Positions 36,066-49,318 of a DNA stretch of 64,000 nt are shown here, piece after piece; positions within the stretch are counted from its first letter, which is position 1, and every line of letters begins with the position of its first letter. The position numbers and the translations under genes are program-made. Origin of the DNA: Chiloscyllium plagiosum (lineage: Eukaryota); the NCBI RefSeq assembly GCF_004010195.1, contig NC_057750.1, forward strand, positions 4,226,382-4,290,381. Reading direction: 5' to 3'. The notes below the pieces were generated by a model. That model was not told where the DNA came from. It saw nothing but the letters and a program-made list of their open reading frames with translations, and did not search any database.

Positions 36066-37899
36066 TTTTACTCTCTCCCTCTCCTCCCTTCCTCTCCTCT
36101 GCTTTTCCTCGCCTTTTCCCTACATTTCCCCTCTTAATCTTTTGCTGTGGGGCAAGTCACCACTCAAGACTCCACTAAAACATCTTTCCTGGGTGTAGGA
36201 GACTGGGTTTGTTCTCAGGGGAAAGAAGTTAGTCTTTGTATGTTCTTTATTAGACAGCGTAGGAAATGGCAGATGTCCAAATCCCAGATGCTGACTACAG
36301 AGCATTTCAAAGCAAGTCTTCACATTTGGCCAAGGTTCAATGTGAAATTGGGCTGAGCTGTCAGCATTACCTATTTACAGGGGAGCCAGCAGTACAATTT
36401 ATTGGAATAAACCCTTATCAATATGACTGATTTATATTAGTCACCAGGCTAATGGCAGAATTTCCTGATTAACAGCAGACATGAGATTCTGATCATAGAC
36501 AGGTTTTATTAACAGAGAAGAACACATTTAATTTAATACGCTTTGGTTGCAACAATACATTTTCCGTGATGCTTTTAAATCACAAACCAAACAATTCCTG
36601 TTGCCATCTTCAATACTTTAGTCACAGCTAGATGTCTCGCTCTCCCTGTTATATTGAATTCGTATTCTTTGTATGATGCTGAAATCATTGCTAAGTAACT
36701 GAATCAGTAATTTACCAATGCTAAGAGCTGACTGTTAGAGAATGCTGTACTCAGACTGCAGTGACTAGTGTCTTCTGTGCAGGTCTTCCATTTAATCTCT
36801 TCCAATCCCATTTACCATGGCTGGCTATTACAGTTCGCTTGTGTCACTGAAGCTTTATACAGGTTGTAATTATCCAACAGTTTTAGCCATGCATTAATAC
36901 AAAACCTGTATTTCATACCATTCTATCAGCTCATGATTTCAAATATATTTATCATAATAAGAGGAATATTATATGGAGGGAGAATGGGAAATAGTTATTT
37001 TGTCTATGATTATGTGACCTGCACATTTGCCAGTACAATTTTTCACTAGCCCTTAAAATTGGCGGTGAAACCAGACACCGGTTCTGTTCCTAAAAATAAT
37101 TTTCATGATAACTAACTTAAGTTTAGGAATTGGGCTTTGCAGTAGTTAGATGATTCATTAGTTTGTCAAATAGTTTTCATCTATTATTTTCAAGGCTTTA
37201 ACCCTTTTTAAAATGAAGCAGTTAGTAGTAGACAAAATAGCAGACAAAAGAATGTCCTTGAGCTTTTGTCTGTTAGTAATGTCACTTATTTTTCAGCTAT
37301 AGTGTTTCATTAGCCCTGTCATGGGATTTTACAAGTGACATTGTGCATCTTTTGTAAAATAAAGCCGATATTTTTGTTTTTGAAGGCAAGAGATATAGAG
37401 TGTGTTCTCCTTTAGGGTTAAACATTTTAAAATAAAAGCACTTCTGCTTGAATCTTTGAGTAACAGTGACCAAATCAAATTATATTGCATGATCTAAAGC
37501 TGCTGTAAATACTAAGATCAGTTCCAAAACAAAATTCTTAAGCTACTTTCTGCAATTATAACCATTAATATTCTCTCAGACAAGGTTCATTGGTGTACTA
37601 TGTGCTCAGAGGTTTGAACTGGACCTGAATCCAGTCCAGGCTTCCCTCTGTGCAAGATGTCGAATGGTCCTCTCTCTGTGGGGCCTCAGCCTCTGGCTAG
37701 GACGTATGTTCATCTAGCACCTGTTTGTGATGTATCATCATGTTCCAATTCCATTCTTATGTCATTAATTTTGTGCCTCATACTGTTTTTGTCATATGAT
37801 AGTGTTTTTCTAAATTTTTTAAAAATAAACTTAATATAACATGAATTCAGTTTGGGGGAAAAAATGCTTTGTGTATAATAAATTGTTGTAAGTGCATTG

Positions 37900-38245
37900 C
37901 TCAAAATGTGCACAGAAATATACCCAAAGTAGCAAAGGAATGAAGTGTATAATCCGTCTGTCTTTGGTCAAGAGAAGAACGTTGACCAGGGTGTGAAGCA
38001 ATCTCCCTGCACTTTGAGCTGTGTTTCAGGTTCTTTGTTATCCGCTAGAATCATCAGAACAGGCAAGCGATGGCCTCAATTTAATGTGTTCATCCAAAGG
38101 GCAGTACCACTCACAAAGCACTGCTCCTGGGTAGCACACAAGCAAGTCAGTGCAGTTCAGTTCATGTGCTCAAGCCTTGGAGTAAGGTTTCAGAGTACAA
38201 GTTTCTGACTCTGGCAAGTCTGCTACCAGCTGTGCAAGACTAAAA
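37900..38245 (-). mobile_element. Deu-domain SINE, decayed
   Basis: ggcctcaatttaatgtgttcatccaaagggcagtacc is the reverse complement of the Deu core. Head-like ttctgactctggcaagtctgctacc. Confidence 0.5.
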
Positions 38246-38505
38246 GGAAAATGGGATGCAAATGAAATGTCATTAGTAAGTCTTGACCCAGAAGTTGGTA
38301 TTGACACTGGGGGAAATGCCTTCAGATAGTCTTTATACACTTGTAAAGAATGCAGCTCTGACCATTTAGCCGAGCTCCTGACACCTCAATAAGCCACAAA
38401 TTTCAGGAGAGAAGATGTGATGGAAGCAGAATGTGGAAATTGCATAGAATAGCACATTTGTATAAAAACTGTTTGTTCATTTTTATTTTTAATTTTTTTT
38501 TCCAG

Positions 38506-38715
38506 CACTGTAAATTGCAGACCGGGACAGACCCCTCACATATACAAGACCCCACCTGCGGAAGTATCTAAGCCACCGGCAGTACATGCCCAGCTCTCGG
38601 CCTCTGCCCCCAAATCTTTCTACTCCTATCAGAATGTGAAGAATTTGTGCCCAACTGGCTGGAAAAAACCAACCACTACCCCGTGCCGATCATCTGGATT
38701 CGCAGAAACAAAAAC
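38506..38715 (+). CDS. SIPA1L3: SIPA1L3 coding exon F, 210 nt, phase 2-2
   Basis: Long T-tract acceptor tttttttccag|C and donor AC|gtatga. Translates TVNCRPGQTPHIYKTPPAEVSKPPAVHAQLSASAPKSFYSYQNVKNLCPTGWKKP...FAETK (cf. YKT..AE...QLSASVPKSFF...PTGWK). Not in the ORF track. Confidence 0.88.
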
Positions 38716-40321
38716 GTATGAGCCTTCCCTTGAGCAGATTGGAGCTCAGTCTTCTAAAAATGAGTACAGCTTCGGACTACTTTGATTCTGCATTTCACTT
38801 TTTAAAACATGACACATAAACAAGTCCAATTGCTCGGTGCTGGTGTTTCTGCTTCAGGCAAACCTCCTCCCAGCCCTCTTCATCTCGCCCTTTCAACATA
38901 TTATTCTTCTCCTTTCTCCCAGCTGCCATTTTCTGTAGTTTCCTCCCCACTGCCTCTATGCTATATGCACCAACTAATTACTGAGATGGTGCATTCTGTC
39001 TTCAAATCTTTTACTAGAATCATTGCCGACCTCTCTCTGTGCTTGCTTCACTTTCTTTTTCCCACGCCCCCCCCAATTTCTCTGTCTCCCTTTCTCTCAG
39101 CACCAAATCAGAGGACCTTCCATGGGAAGGACGGGCAACAAATTTCAGCTGCTTAGCTCGTAGGTATGCCCAGCCTCTACATTCTCAATATTGTCAAATC
39201 TGTTTTGAGTTCCAGATGAAATATTCAATTTTGAAAACTTAATTGGTCACATGGTGAAAAATCAAAATTTGGGCTGCCCTTTTTAAGACAAAGAACTCTC
39301 AATGCATGTGCAATGCCATTTTTTGGTGGGGTTTTTTAAACTCTGCATATTCACTGAGCCAAAAAGAAACTGGTGTCTCATAGAAGTTCAATTCAAAACA
39401 AAAGGTCCAGTCTTCATCTGTCAGCATTCATTAATTGACATTTTTTGTTTTGTTCTCCTTCCTAGCCTTGAGTGGAATGTACCCATCTCCAAAGTTTTGG
39501 TTCTGTTTAAGCCCCTCCATAATTTTAACCCACTATGTTGTTAAAACCCCACTAAGTCTTGGATGCTTGTTAGATCTGGAGGGAAGCTACTTTTGATTTC
39601 TGAATAAGATGCAAGGTTATCTGATGGGTCAAGCATTTCTTCATTGGAGTCTTTCTCACTTCTCTGTTTTACTGCTGCTTATTGCTGAAGCTTTTCATCC
39701 TGCAGTCATCAGACAAACACGAGGATAATGAATTACATTCAATTCTACTACCAGAGAATAAAGTGCCGGTTGGTTGGAATGTCAGCTCTGATTAAGAGTT
39801 GCCATTGAAAAAGGATTTATGCTTGCTGGAAGTGACATGCATTTATTAACAAGTGTCCATTCTCTGCAAAAGAAAAGGGAATGTTCAATCTTTGTGTGTT
39901 TATGAGTTATCTGGAGATTTGGAGCCTCTACTTCCTTGCTGCTGTCTCCAGCAGGGATTAGTTGGCAAATTGACTCCAATCATAGCCCATTCCTCCTGGA
40001 GAATAAATTGTTGTTATCGTTTGAAATGTGACATGCTTGTGTTTGTCCTGATGGGTGCAAGATGAAAAGCAGCTCTCTAATCGATGATATTCACATTCAG
40101 CACTCCCACATGAGTGATTATTGTTGTTGTTTCTCTGAACTTGTTCCTCCTTGCATGTTTCTTTTCTACCACTTCTGTCATCACTGCCGAAAACCAGAAT
40201 CATTGCAGTCTCTTGCTTTATTCATTCCTTCCTTGGACCTAGAACTGTGAAATTTCTTGTTCTCTTGGACATTCTTTCCTCTTTCAAGCTTGAAGCTTTT
40301 CAACCCGAATGTTGACATTAC

Positions 40322-41880
40322 TAATTGAATTGAATTGAATTTATTGTCACGTGTACCGAGGCACAGTGAAAAGCTTTGTCTTGCAAGCAATACAGGCAGA
40401 TCACAGAGTAAAAGTAGCACAGATAAGTAAATAATAAGTAAACAGCGGCAAAAACAAAAATACAGATACAGTACAGGCGAATGTTAAGAGTTTGAGAGTC
40501 CGTTCAGTATTCTAACAACAGTAAGGTAGAAACTGTTTTGAAACCGGCTAGTGCATGTGTTCAGGGTTCTGTACCTTCTCCCCAATGGTAGAGAAAAACA
40601 TTGCCAAGATGGGATGGATCTTTGAGAATGCTGGTTGCCTTTCCTTGACAGCGGGCCTGGTAGAGGGATTCAATAGACAGGAGGTTGGCCTTTGTGATTG
40701 TCTGGGCCGGATTCACCATTCTGTAACCATCTCCGATCTTGAATGGTACAGTTACTATACCAGGTAGTGATACATCCAGACAATGCTCTCGATGGCGCAC
40801 CTATAAACGTTGGCAAGGGTATTCACCGTCATGTCAAATTTCCTCCGCTACCTGAGGAAGAGGAGATGTTGGGCCTTTGTGACCAGTGCGTCCACATGAA
40901 GAGTCCAAGAAAGCTTGTTGTGGATTACCACTCCCAGGAGCTTGACACTCTCCACTCATTCCACCTCTGTGCTGTTAATGTGTAGGGGGGTGGCATGAGT
41001 AACATCCCGATGAAAGTCAATAATGAGTTCCTTTGGTTTTGCTAGCGTTGAAAGCTAGATTGATCTCAGTGCACCATTTTTCCAGGTCTTCCACCTCCCT
41101 TGTGTAGTCTGTTTCATCTCCATCTGAGATTCGACCAGCTATGATGGTTTTATCAGCAAACTTATAAATGGCATTAGTCTGGTATTTGGCGACACAGTTA
41201 TGAGTAAACAGTGAGTACAGTAGGGGGCTGAGTGTACACCCCTGGGGGGCTCCAGTGTTGCGTGTTAGTGAAGATGAAATATTATCCCCAATCTTCACTG
41301 ATTGTGGCCTGTGGGTCAGGAAACTGACGATCCAGTTGCAGAGTGGGGCTTAGTCTGAGATCACTAAGTTTAGTTACCGTTCTCGAGGGCATAATAGTGT
41401 TGAAGGCTGAACTTTAGTCAATGACTAGGATTCTTATGTAGCTGTTCTTGGTGTCAAGATGTTCTAGGGGGGAGTGAAGGGCAAGTGATATGGCATCTGA
41501 AATGGATCTGTTGGTCTGATGGGCAAATTAGAGTGGCCAAGAGTAGTGGGGAGGCTGGAGTTGATTAATGCCATGACCAGTCTTTCAAAGCACTTCATGA
41601 CCGCCAAAGTTAGGGCCATTGGTCAGTAGTCATTGAGACATGCTGCATGAGCCTTCTTAGGCACAGGGATGATGATGGCCCCTTGAAACAGGCAGGGACA
41701 GTGGCCTGCTGCAGAGACAGTGACCTGCTGCAGAGAGAGTTTGAAGATGTCCGAGAAGACCTCTGCCAGCTGACCTGCACGTGCTCTGAGTGCACGGCCT
41801 GGTGCACTGTCTGGTCCCATCACTTTCCTTGGATTCAGGTGAAGGAAAACTGATCTGACCTCTGCTGCAGTAACTGTTGG
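40322..41880 (-). mobile_element. Rex1/Babar-type LINE, 5'-truncated, frameshifted RT
   Basis: GPDSAPGRALRARAGQLAEVFSDIFKLSL, IIPVPKK...LNDY and [24 protein letters not shown]...IYKFAD...NASKTK. Tail (caatt)n. Confidence 0.85.
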
Positions 41881-42925
41881 GATAGGTTTGTCAGGACTTG
41901 TCCAATAAATACCATTATTTGACTTTACCTATTCCTGTGTATTCTAATTTATTCAGAAGTTTGGACCTTAGTCTTTCTTCCTTGATTTGAGGGAAGCAAT
42001 ACTTCCTCCTCCCTCTGTATTTGTTGATAGTTAAGAGGATTACATTTTTTGTTGTTGTTCTTCAATATTCTTTAAGCAGGAAGTTATTGATGAATCAGCA
42101 CTCTGCCTCCATCTCAGTCTTTCCAGCTTGCAGGAGGGAGGGGATTACTGCTGCCTTCTGCTGACTGGATTGTGTATTTTGATGTTCAAGTTTGGAAACT
42201 CGAACCATTGCCTTTTTGTAAACCAGGTTAAATTTTTTTTTCTGTCCCCATTCAGGAGTTTGAGGATGGGGTTTTCTATGAACACATGGAACAGGAAGGT
42301 CATTCAGCTCATTAAACCCACGTTGTTTCGGACGATGTAAACGTTGCCTGGGGTGTAGCCACTACTTTGCACTTTCACAAGGCAACTACAGGGGAAAGAA
42401 GAGAAGCTGTCTTTTGTCAGTTTCTCTTATGATTAATCTGGTAATCACCATAAACAGCTTGTTATGGCCAATAGTGAGAGAAGGGTAACTTGATTGGTTA
42501 CATTTTATTTTTCCTTTTGGGTCAGTTCATTTCACCCTTACTGTTTCCTAGCCCCATACCTGGAACCCTTGAGGCTGCTCCCTCTCCCGGCAGGAAGGAA
42601 GCCCATCTGGTGCTGGCTCATTGAATTCCCAACAAGCTTGTTATATCAGCTTAGTGTTGTTTCATTTTCTTCACTCCGAATTGGACTCCATAGTCCTAAT
42701 CTCTTGGCTCCTTTCAGCTCGTAAGACATAGGGGCAGAATTATCTTCCATTCCTGCCAAAAGATGTTGACAGTGTGTTGGGTAGGAGTTGGGATTAAGTG
42801 ATATGGGTGTGGGAAAGGCAAGGTTTTGTTTTTCACTTCCTGGGATGTGGGTGTCGCCGGTTAGGCCACACTTTATTGCCCAACCATAATTGCCCTTAAG
42901 GTGGTAAGCTGCCTTTGTGAAACAC

Positions 42926-43398
42926 ATTAAAAATCTCTCAACTCCAAGGTATAGTCCAACAGATTTATTTGGAAGCACTAGTTTTCACTAGGGGCAGCAC
43001 GGTGGCTCAGTGGTTAGCACTGCTGCCTCACAGCACCAGGGTCCCAGGTTCGATTCCAGCCTCGGGTGACTGTCCGCGTGGAGTTTGCACATTCTCACCG
43101 TATCTGCATGGGTTTTCTCTGGGTGCTCTGGTTTTCTCCCACAGTCCAAATGATGTGCAGGTCAGGTAAATTGCCCTTAATGTTAGGTGCATTAGTCAGA
43201 AGGAAATGGGTCCAAGTAGTTCCTCTTCAGAGGGTCGCTGTGGGGAATCTAATCTAATCTAATTTTTTTTTTGGAGCACAGCCCCTTCATCAGGTGTTTG
43301 AAGGGGCAGTGCTCCGAAAGCTAGTGCTTCCAAATAGTCCAACAGGTTTATAACCTGGTGTTGTGATTTTTAACTTTGTACACCCCAGCACCTCCAAA
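42926..43398. mobile_element. Family 2 palindromic Penelope-related element, split by an HE1 SINE
   Basis: Arms tttggaagcactagttttc / gaaagctagtgcttccaaa. Flanks tttgtgaaacac and tttgtgaaccac. Confidence 0.72.
42991..43263 (+). mobile_element. HE1-type SINE (diverged)
   Basis: ggggcagcacggtggctcagtggttagcac...ggttcgattcc...(ctaat)n. Confidence 0.88.
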
Positions 43399-43824
43399 TT
43401 TGTGAACCACTGCAGTTCTTCTAGAAGACTGTAGAATGAGAGAACACAGACGAAAAGTAACAGATCTTCCATTTAAGAAGGAACTGAGAAGAAATGTCTT
43501 TGAACATCACAAGTCTTTTGGACTTTTTCCTGAGTGAGTGGTGGAAGCGAGGTCACCGTTTTTAGGGCAGTTTAAAGGAGTGAAAGGGTATCTGCAATTG
43601 GCAGGAAAGCTACAGTCAGATTAGCCTTGAAGTTATCGAATGGTGCAGTCGACCAGAGAGACCAAATAGTCTACTCCAGAACCTAATTCCTACCTTCGTA
43701 TGGTAAAAACCAGATAATAAAGTGAAAAGAAATATCCAGTACCTACAATTTCCTAAACTGAGGGTGCCAAAAGTGTTCAGTAATTAATTAAGAACTCTGG
43801 TTGTAAGTTTGATCTGGGTCATGT

Positions 43825-44372
43825 AGGTAATATCTTTTGGTGGCTGGTTGGTGTTCATGTATTCTGGTGGCTAGTTTTCTGTCTGTCTGTCCAATGTAGT
43901 GTCCTTGTATGGTATTTTGTAAATGACATTAGTTTTGCTGGTTGTCGGTTTAGGGTCCTTTAGGTTCATCAGTAGCTGTTTCAGTGAGTCACTATCACTA
44001 GTATCCTTACACACAGATGAAGAAGGACACCACTTCCACTGGGACAACACCTCCATCCTAGGACAGGCTAAACAGAGTCATGCACAGGAATTCCTAAAGG
44101 CCTGGCATTCAAACTGGAACTCCATCAATAAACGCATCAATTTGGATCCCACTTACCAACCTCTGAGAAAAGGAACCGGAAATGATATCACCCACCTTAA
44201 CAGGCTGAGACACCGAAATAGAAAGCGGGACAGAATACCAGCACCTCACTGGAGGCTCACGGATGAGGATACCTAGCATGGTGATGAAATGTCTGAGAAA
44301 AATCCTCCCAGCTCACCGAGCAAACTTACAACCTGAACCTCAACCTGAGCTACAAATCTTCTCAAAAATCGC
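43825..44372. mobile_element. Penelope-like element GIY-YIG fragment with inverted 5' part
   Basis: Minus strand: KDP...KTNVIYKIP..YIGQT..RKLATRIHEHQ. Plus strand: SLVSLHTDEEGHHFHWDNTSILGQAK...EFLKAWHS...SINKRINLDPTY. Confidence 0.82.
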
Positions 44373-47300
44373 ATTTAAGAACTCTAGCAATTTAACTGCT
44401 GTTGTAGGAAATCGATCAAAGTCCCATAACAGAGATAAGTGGCAAGTTAATCTGTTTTAATTCTGTGGATTGAGGGATACATGTTGGCTGAGACACTAGC
44501 AGAAAGTTTCTCTGCTCTTCAGTAGTGCCAAGAAAAGCATTAATTTTGTTAAAAATTCTGTAACTGCTGGAATTTTGTTTTTAGATATTCAAATTATTTG
44601 AATTCTTCCTTTAGAGTTACGTACTCATTGCCGTTTGGCATAGAGGTATAATGTGCTACCTCTGTGTTTGAATGTGAGTTCTGAATCTAATAAGCTTGGC
44701 ACCAATTATTTGACTTAAATGGAGAGTACAAGTGTATTGGATAGTAGGTTGAATCCATAGAGGCATACATTTATACATTTCTAACATCTATCTAGATATT
44801 TTATGTGACTAGTTTCAGAGGTTTCTGTGAAAAGCAGAGGACTGACCCCTTAGTTCAGTGTCCAGATGGAGACTGCCTAAAGGAAATTGTTGCATGTTAA
44901 CTGGCCAGACTGCAATTGGACAATCTGTTCCTTAGTCTGATAATAAGTTCACATCACTTCAATCTCAGTACCTGACCTGGAAATAGAGTAGGCTGCATGC
45001 TGTACACTCAGATGATTTCAATGTTTTTGTTATTGATAAAATCATGACTTTCTCATTCTGTCTTAATATAGTCAGCATCCTAGAAACCCTGCACATTAAT
45101 ATTCGAGCGCCAGTCTGCATTTCTCCCTGTGGTCCTATTTGCTTCCTGCCTAATAGACTGCTGAACGAATGCTGCGGTCATATAATAAGACCATATTGTC
45201 AATAATCTCAAGTTATTTGTTTGATGTCAATAAATAAAACCCAGTTTAACTCCAAAAGAACTAGTCTTTAAGTCCTGGCTGAAGCTAGGGGGTTAAATTG
45301 CCTGAAGTGCTTTCGTTGTTTGGAAATCAAAGGAAAGCCGGCACCATTGATTTAGCAGCAAGTAACTGCTGCTACCACTTGATAAAGGTACAGTGTCCAC
45401 ATTCCCAAAGTGCAATGGGAAGCCAAAACTGCAGCTGTCCAGTTCAGGGCAGTGGTCCAAACGTAAAGACTCGGGGCTGGATTTTCAGAGTGGGAGAACT
45501 TTAGAAGTGCCAGATGTGAGTCTTCCTCTCCCATTTGCAACAGGTCTAATTTTTACCTCAGATAGGCGCATGCATTCGAATTTAGTGCTGATTTCCAACA
45601 GCTGTTGGAGAGGGCCATTTTAGATGTCATGGCCTTTTTTTTAAAATCCTCTGCTCTTTAAACTTGAAGTAAACAGCTTCTACTGGCTTCCTTTCACAAA
45701 CCATCCAGTGCAGCTCAGAAAAAAGAAACTAACATTTGTTTGTGTTGTTTCATTTGAGTTCTTACTGGCATTTACTAAGGGCTACTTTTATTAATATTTG
45801 GCTAGAGCTATCTCAACAGAGTGTCCTGAGTTAAGTTCTAAAAAATACTCCTCATGTCAGGCTCTAAGCGTTAACTCTGTTCCTGTCTCCACTGATGTTG
45901 TCAAACAGACCTGTCAAGTTTCTCCAGCATTTTGTTTGTTCTGCATTCTGTTTGCTTTGCAATTTAATAGGCCCTTCAGATATTAGCTGTCTTTGACGTT
46001 GGATCCAAATAGAAGTTTGTTTTTATTAAAAGGCTAGCATTTTAGATCTGAAAACTTTGACGAGTTCACGAATGGGAGTAACCCCTCTACTGCCAAATGT
46101 ATATAAATCAGTTGTATCGAATTATTCAAAGTTTGACACCTGTCAGTAATGGAGACTGGGTTAAGTGGCAGCAGTGGTGATGAGGGAACGGTGTAGCTTC
46201 TAAAACAATTAGGGAAAATGTCTTAATCTTGGAGAACTGGGATGGCCCCCTAACCAGCACACCTTGACACTTGTCTGCCTACCTGTACCAGTCTCGTATC
46301 TGCCTCGCTGTCTTTCACTGACTAATTTAGCCAGTGTTTCTGTACTTGGTGTGTATGGTTACAATGAATTGTGAAACAGTTTATTATTCAACAGAGGGTG
46401 TTGCTAACATGCTGTGGCCCAAAGTGGGAGGCCATAGGATTGCATCTGATTACTTCATTCTGAACAACATGAGGGAAGGGCTGGACAAATGCTGGAATAC
46501 TTTCCCCACATAACAATTAAAAGAAAAACATGGTGTGTGACTCACTCTTGCCACAACTCCATACCTCCTAGTGATTTTCCCAAAAGCTGTACTGGCAGAA
46601 GCCAAGATATGATCGCTTGTCTAAAATATTCAAGTTTGCGTGGTGCGAGTGTTAGGAAAGGTGAAACTCAGGAAATGAATGGGAATGGCCTTTTGGTTCC
46701 AATTCTGCTGTCTACCCCCATATCAGTTTTCTTTGTTCTTACAAAGAATTTATTCTTGGAAGTCATTCCACCTGCAGGCCTTGACTCCTTGCCCGTTCTT
46801 CACCTTGAAGCATTGATTGTAGCTGAGCAGTAAAAAGCATCATAAACAAACTCTGCCTCACCTTCACCCCAACATGTACTGTACACTGAAGCAAAGCTTC
46901 CTTCATGATCACTCTGTACTCGAGCAAGAATTTTTGTTGCCTGTTGTCTTCCCTCTCTTTCCCCACTGCCCTGTTCTTTCCTCATCTCACTGACAAAATC
47001 TGAAATTGTGGCACTTCCAGTGCAGCCTAGTACAGCACTTGTGTTTGCACGAATGGAATAATTCATTAGAGGTCCATGGGAGGGGTTGGGATTTGTGGCC
47101 TGGGTTTGTGCTTAGCTGTTCACATTAGTGCAGTCTCGAACTTAGGGCAGGGTGAAATTATGAGTAAACTTAAATGAATGTTTTCAGAATGAATGTAGGT
47201 GTAAACTAGTGAGAGGCCCAGTGGTGTGGCAGCAAAATGAACACCTCACTTATGCAAAGGTGGGGCCTTATGGGGAGTAAAAAATGTAAGCTGCAATTAT

Positions 47301-47717
47301 CATCTATGAAAGCTCATGTTTCGCTGAATGTAATCTGGTCATTTCTAAACTACTAGTAGGTTCCAGTTTCAAGTACAATAATAGATTTTTATTGCAACTT
47401 TCAGTTCCGGGACTCCTTGTTTTTCTTGATCTACATAAATGATTTGAATCCTGAAAGCATTTGTAAGCTTCTTATCTCCGCAGATAATATTTCATAAAAG
47501 GATTTAGATCATGCAAAATGGCAAATGAAGTTTAATAGACAAATGAAAAATGTTGTCTCTGGGGAAAGAAAGGAAATGAACAGCATTGGTTAATAGTGAG
47601 ATGAATAGAGCTGGACGCTTTGGGAGGGACTCTCAATGGCAAGAAATCACAGGCCTCCTCACTTCCTTTCTCCTGATATCGTTATCCTCCTCCTCTTTAA
47701 TACAGATAAGGTTTCTT

Positions 47718-48010
47718 CATAGAGCCATTCCAAACGGCAATAGACCCTTCGGTCCAACCGGTCCATGCTGAATATAATCCCAAACTAAATTAGTCCCACC
47801 TGCCTGCTCCTGACCCATATCCCTCCAAACCTTTCCTATTCACATACTTATCCAAATGTCTTTTAAACGTTGTAATTGTACCTACATCCACCACTTCCTC
47901 AGCAAGTTCATTCCACACATGAACCACCCTCTGTGTTGGAAAGAAAATTGCCCCCATGTCTTTTTTTAATCTCTCTACTCTCAATTTAAAAATGTGTTCC
48001 CTAGTCTTGG
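47718..48010 (-). mobile_element. CR1/HER1 LINE 3' fragment
   Basis: Minus ORF TQRVVHVWNELAEEVVDVGTITTFKRHLDKYVNRKGLEGYG. Confidence 0.85.
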
Positions 48011-49318
48011 AGAGTACTAATTGTTCGGCAAGTGAAGAATGCACCAGTTAATTATGATTTTTAAATACTGTTCTGTGTGAATTGTCCTGCAAGACAAAAT
48101 GCTTAAACAAAATGTTGCCTTTTTCTCCCCCAGCAGAACCAGAGTTATAGTTTGTGAAATAAGTAGAGTAATAGAGTATTGGAAAAGTTCATTTGGGCGT
48201 GACAGTGTGGATGAGGGTTCGAGTAGTGGATTTGTCCACGGGGAAGGGAGGTGTAAGTAAAGACTGCCTTTTGGATGGAAAGAGTATGTTGTCAAAATTG
48301 AAATCCACAGTTTGATATGCCTTTTGAGGTTGTGAAGCATCCATTTCAGCTGAAGGCATTGACTGGTGGTGAGTGTATGGAGTTTGTAATGAGTGCTCAA
48401 GGCAATGACTTTGATCTTCCTTTCTAACCTATTCAAGCAAAAATTAAAGTTAGGAAAAGGTTAACAAAAAATTTTAAAAATTCTTCATGGTCCTTGAAAA
48501 GAATCACCGAGTGTGAGGTGTAAATGTTACTAGTTGTGAGCACAGCGCTGGGGAAAGATTTTGATGCTTAGCACAGACCAAAAATAAAGAGTTAATAAAG
48601 ATATCTCTCTGACTGCGCCTATTCAGTGGCATCTGCTACCCAGTGTTGTCTCGACAGGGAGCACAATCTAATCACCAACATGTGGCAAAATTGGGCAGAA
48701 ATTCAACAGCATTTACATTCTGAATCTGCAAGTGGTTTCCCTTCAGATCAGAATGAGTTAGCAGGAGAAATCAAAACCAATTTGTGCTGCCACATGAGAT
48801 CTAAGGGTTTAGAATACTTTGGCCTGGAGATGGATGGTGGCAAATCTTGCCAGTAGTACTCATTCAAAGGCTTATTTGTCACAGACTGTGTAGCGGTCCT
48901 GGGTGGACAAAGCTTTTGTCCCTTCAAACACATGTTAGAAGTTTGATCGTATGTTTAAAGGGCTTCCTGTTTTCCTATATAAAAGGTCTCCCACAGTGTA
49001 CACGCTTCATGTCAATTTCTTCTCTCCAGACAGAAAATGTTCATTCTGGCTGCTTCACTATTGCTCACTCAGCCAGAGCTCACATCTCTATTAAAGGAGG
49101 TTTTAACATGGCAAAGCAATCCAAACCACTTGACACAAACTACATGGAGAGATTAGAACAGGTCACCAAATACTGGAGATGTTAAAGGAGGCGAAGAAGG
49201 ATTTCGGGAAGCAGCTCTGAAGCTTCGGACTCTGGTAGCTGAAGTCATAGATGTCAATGTGAAGAAAATTGCGAATGCACAGTAAGAATGATGGGAATGC
49301 AGAGTTCTAAAGGGAACA

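Noticed and set aside
48140..48440. 139-aa minus ORF or ancient Penelope RT remnant
   Set aside because: No convincing motif beyond a short HPHC word, so it cannot be supported by eye.
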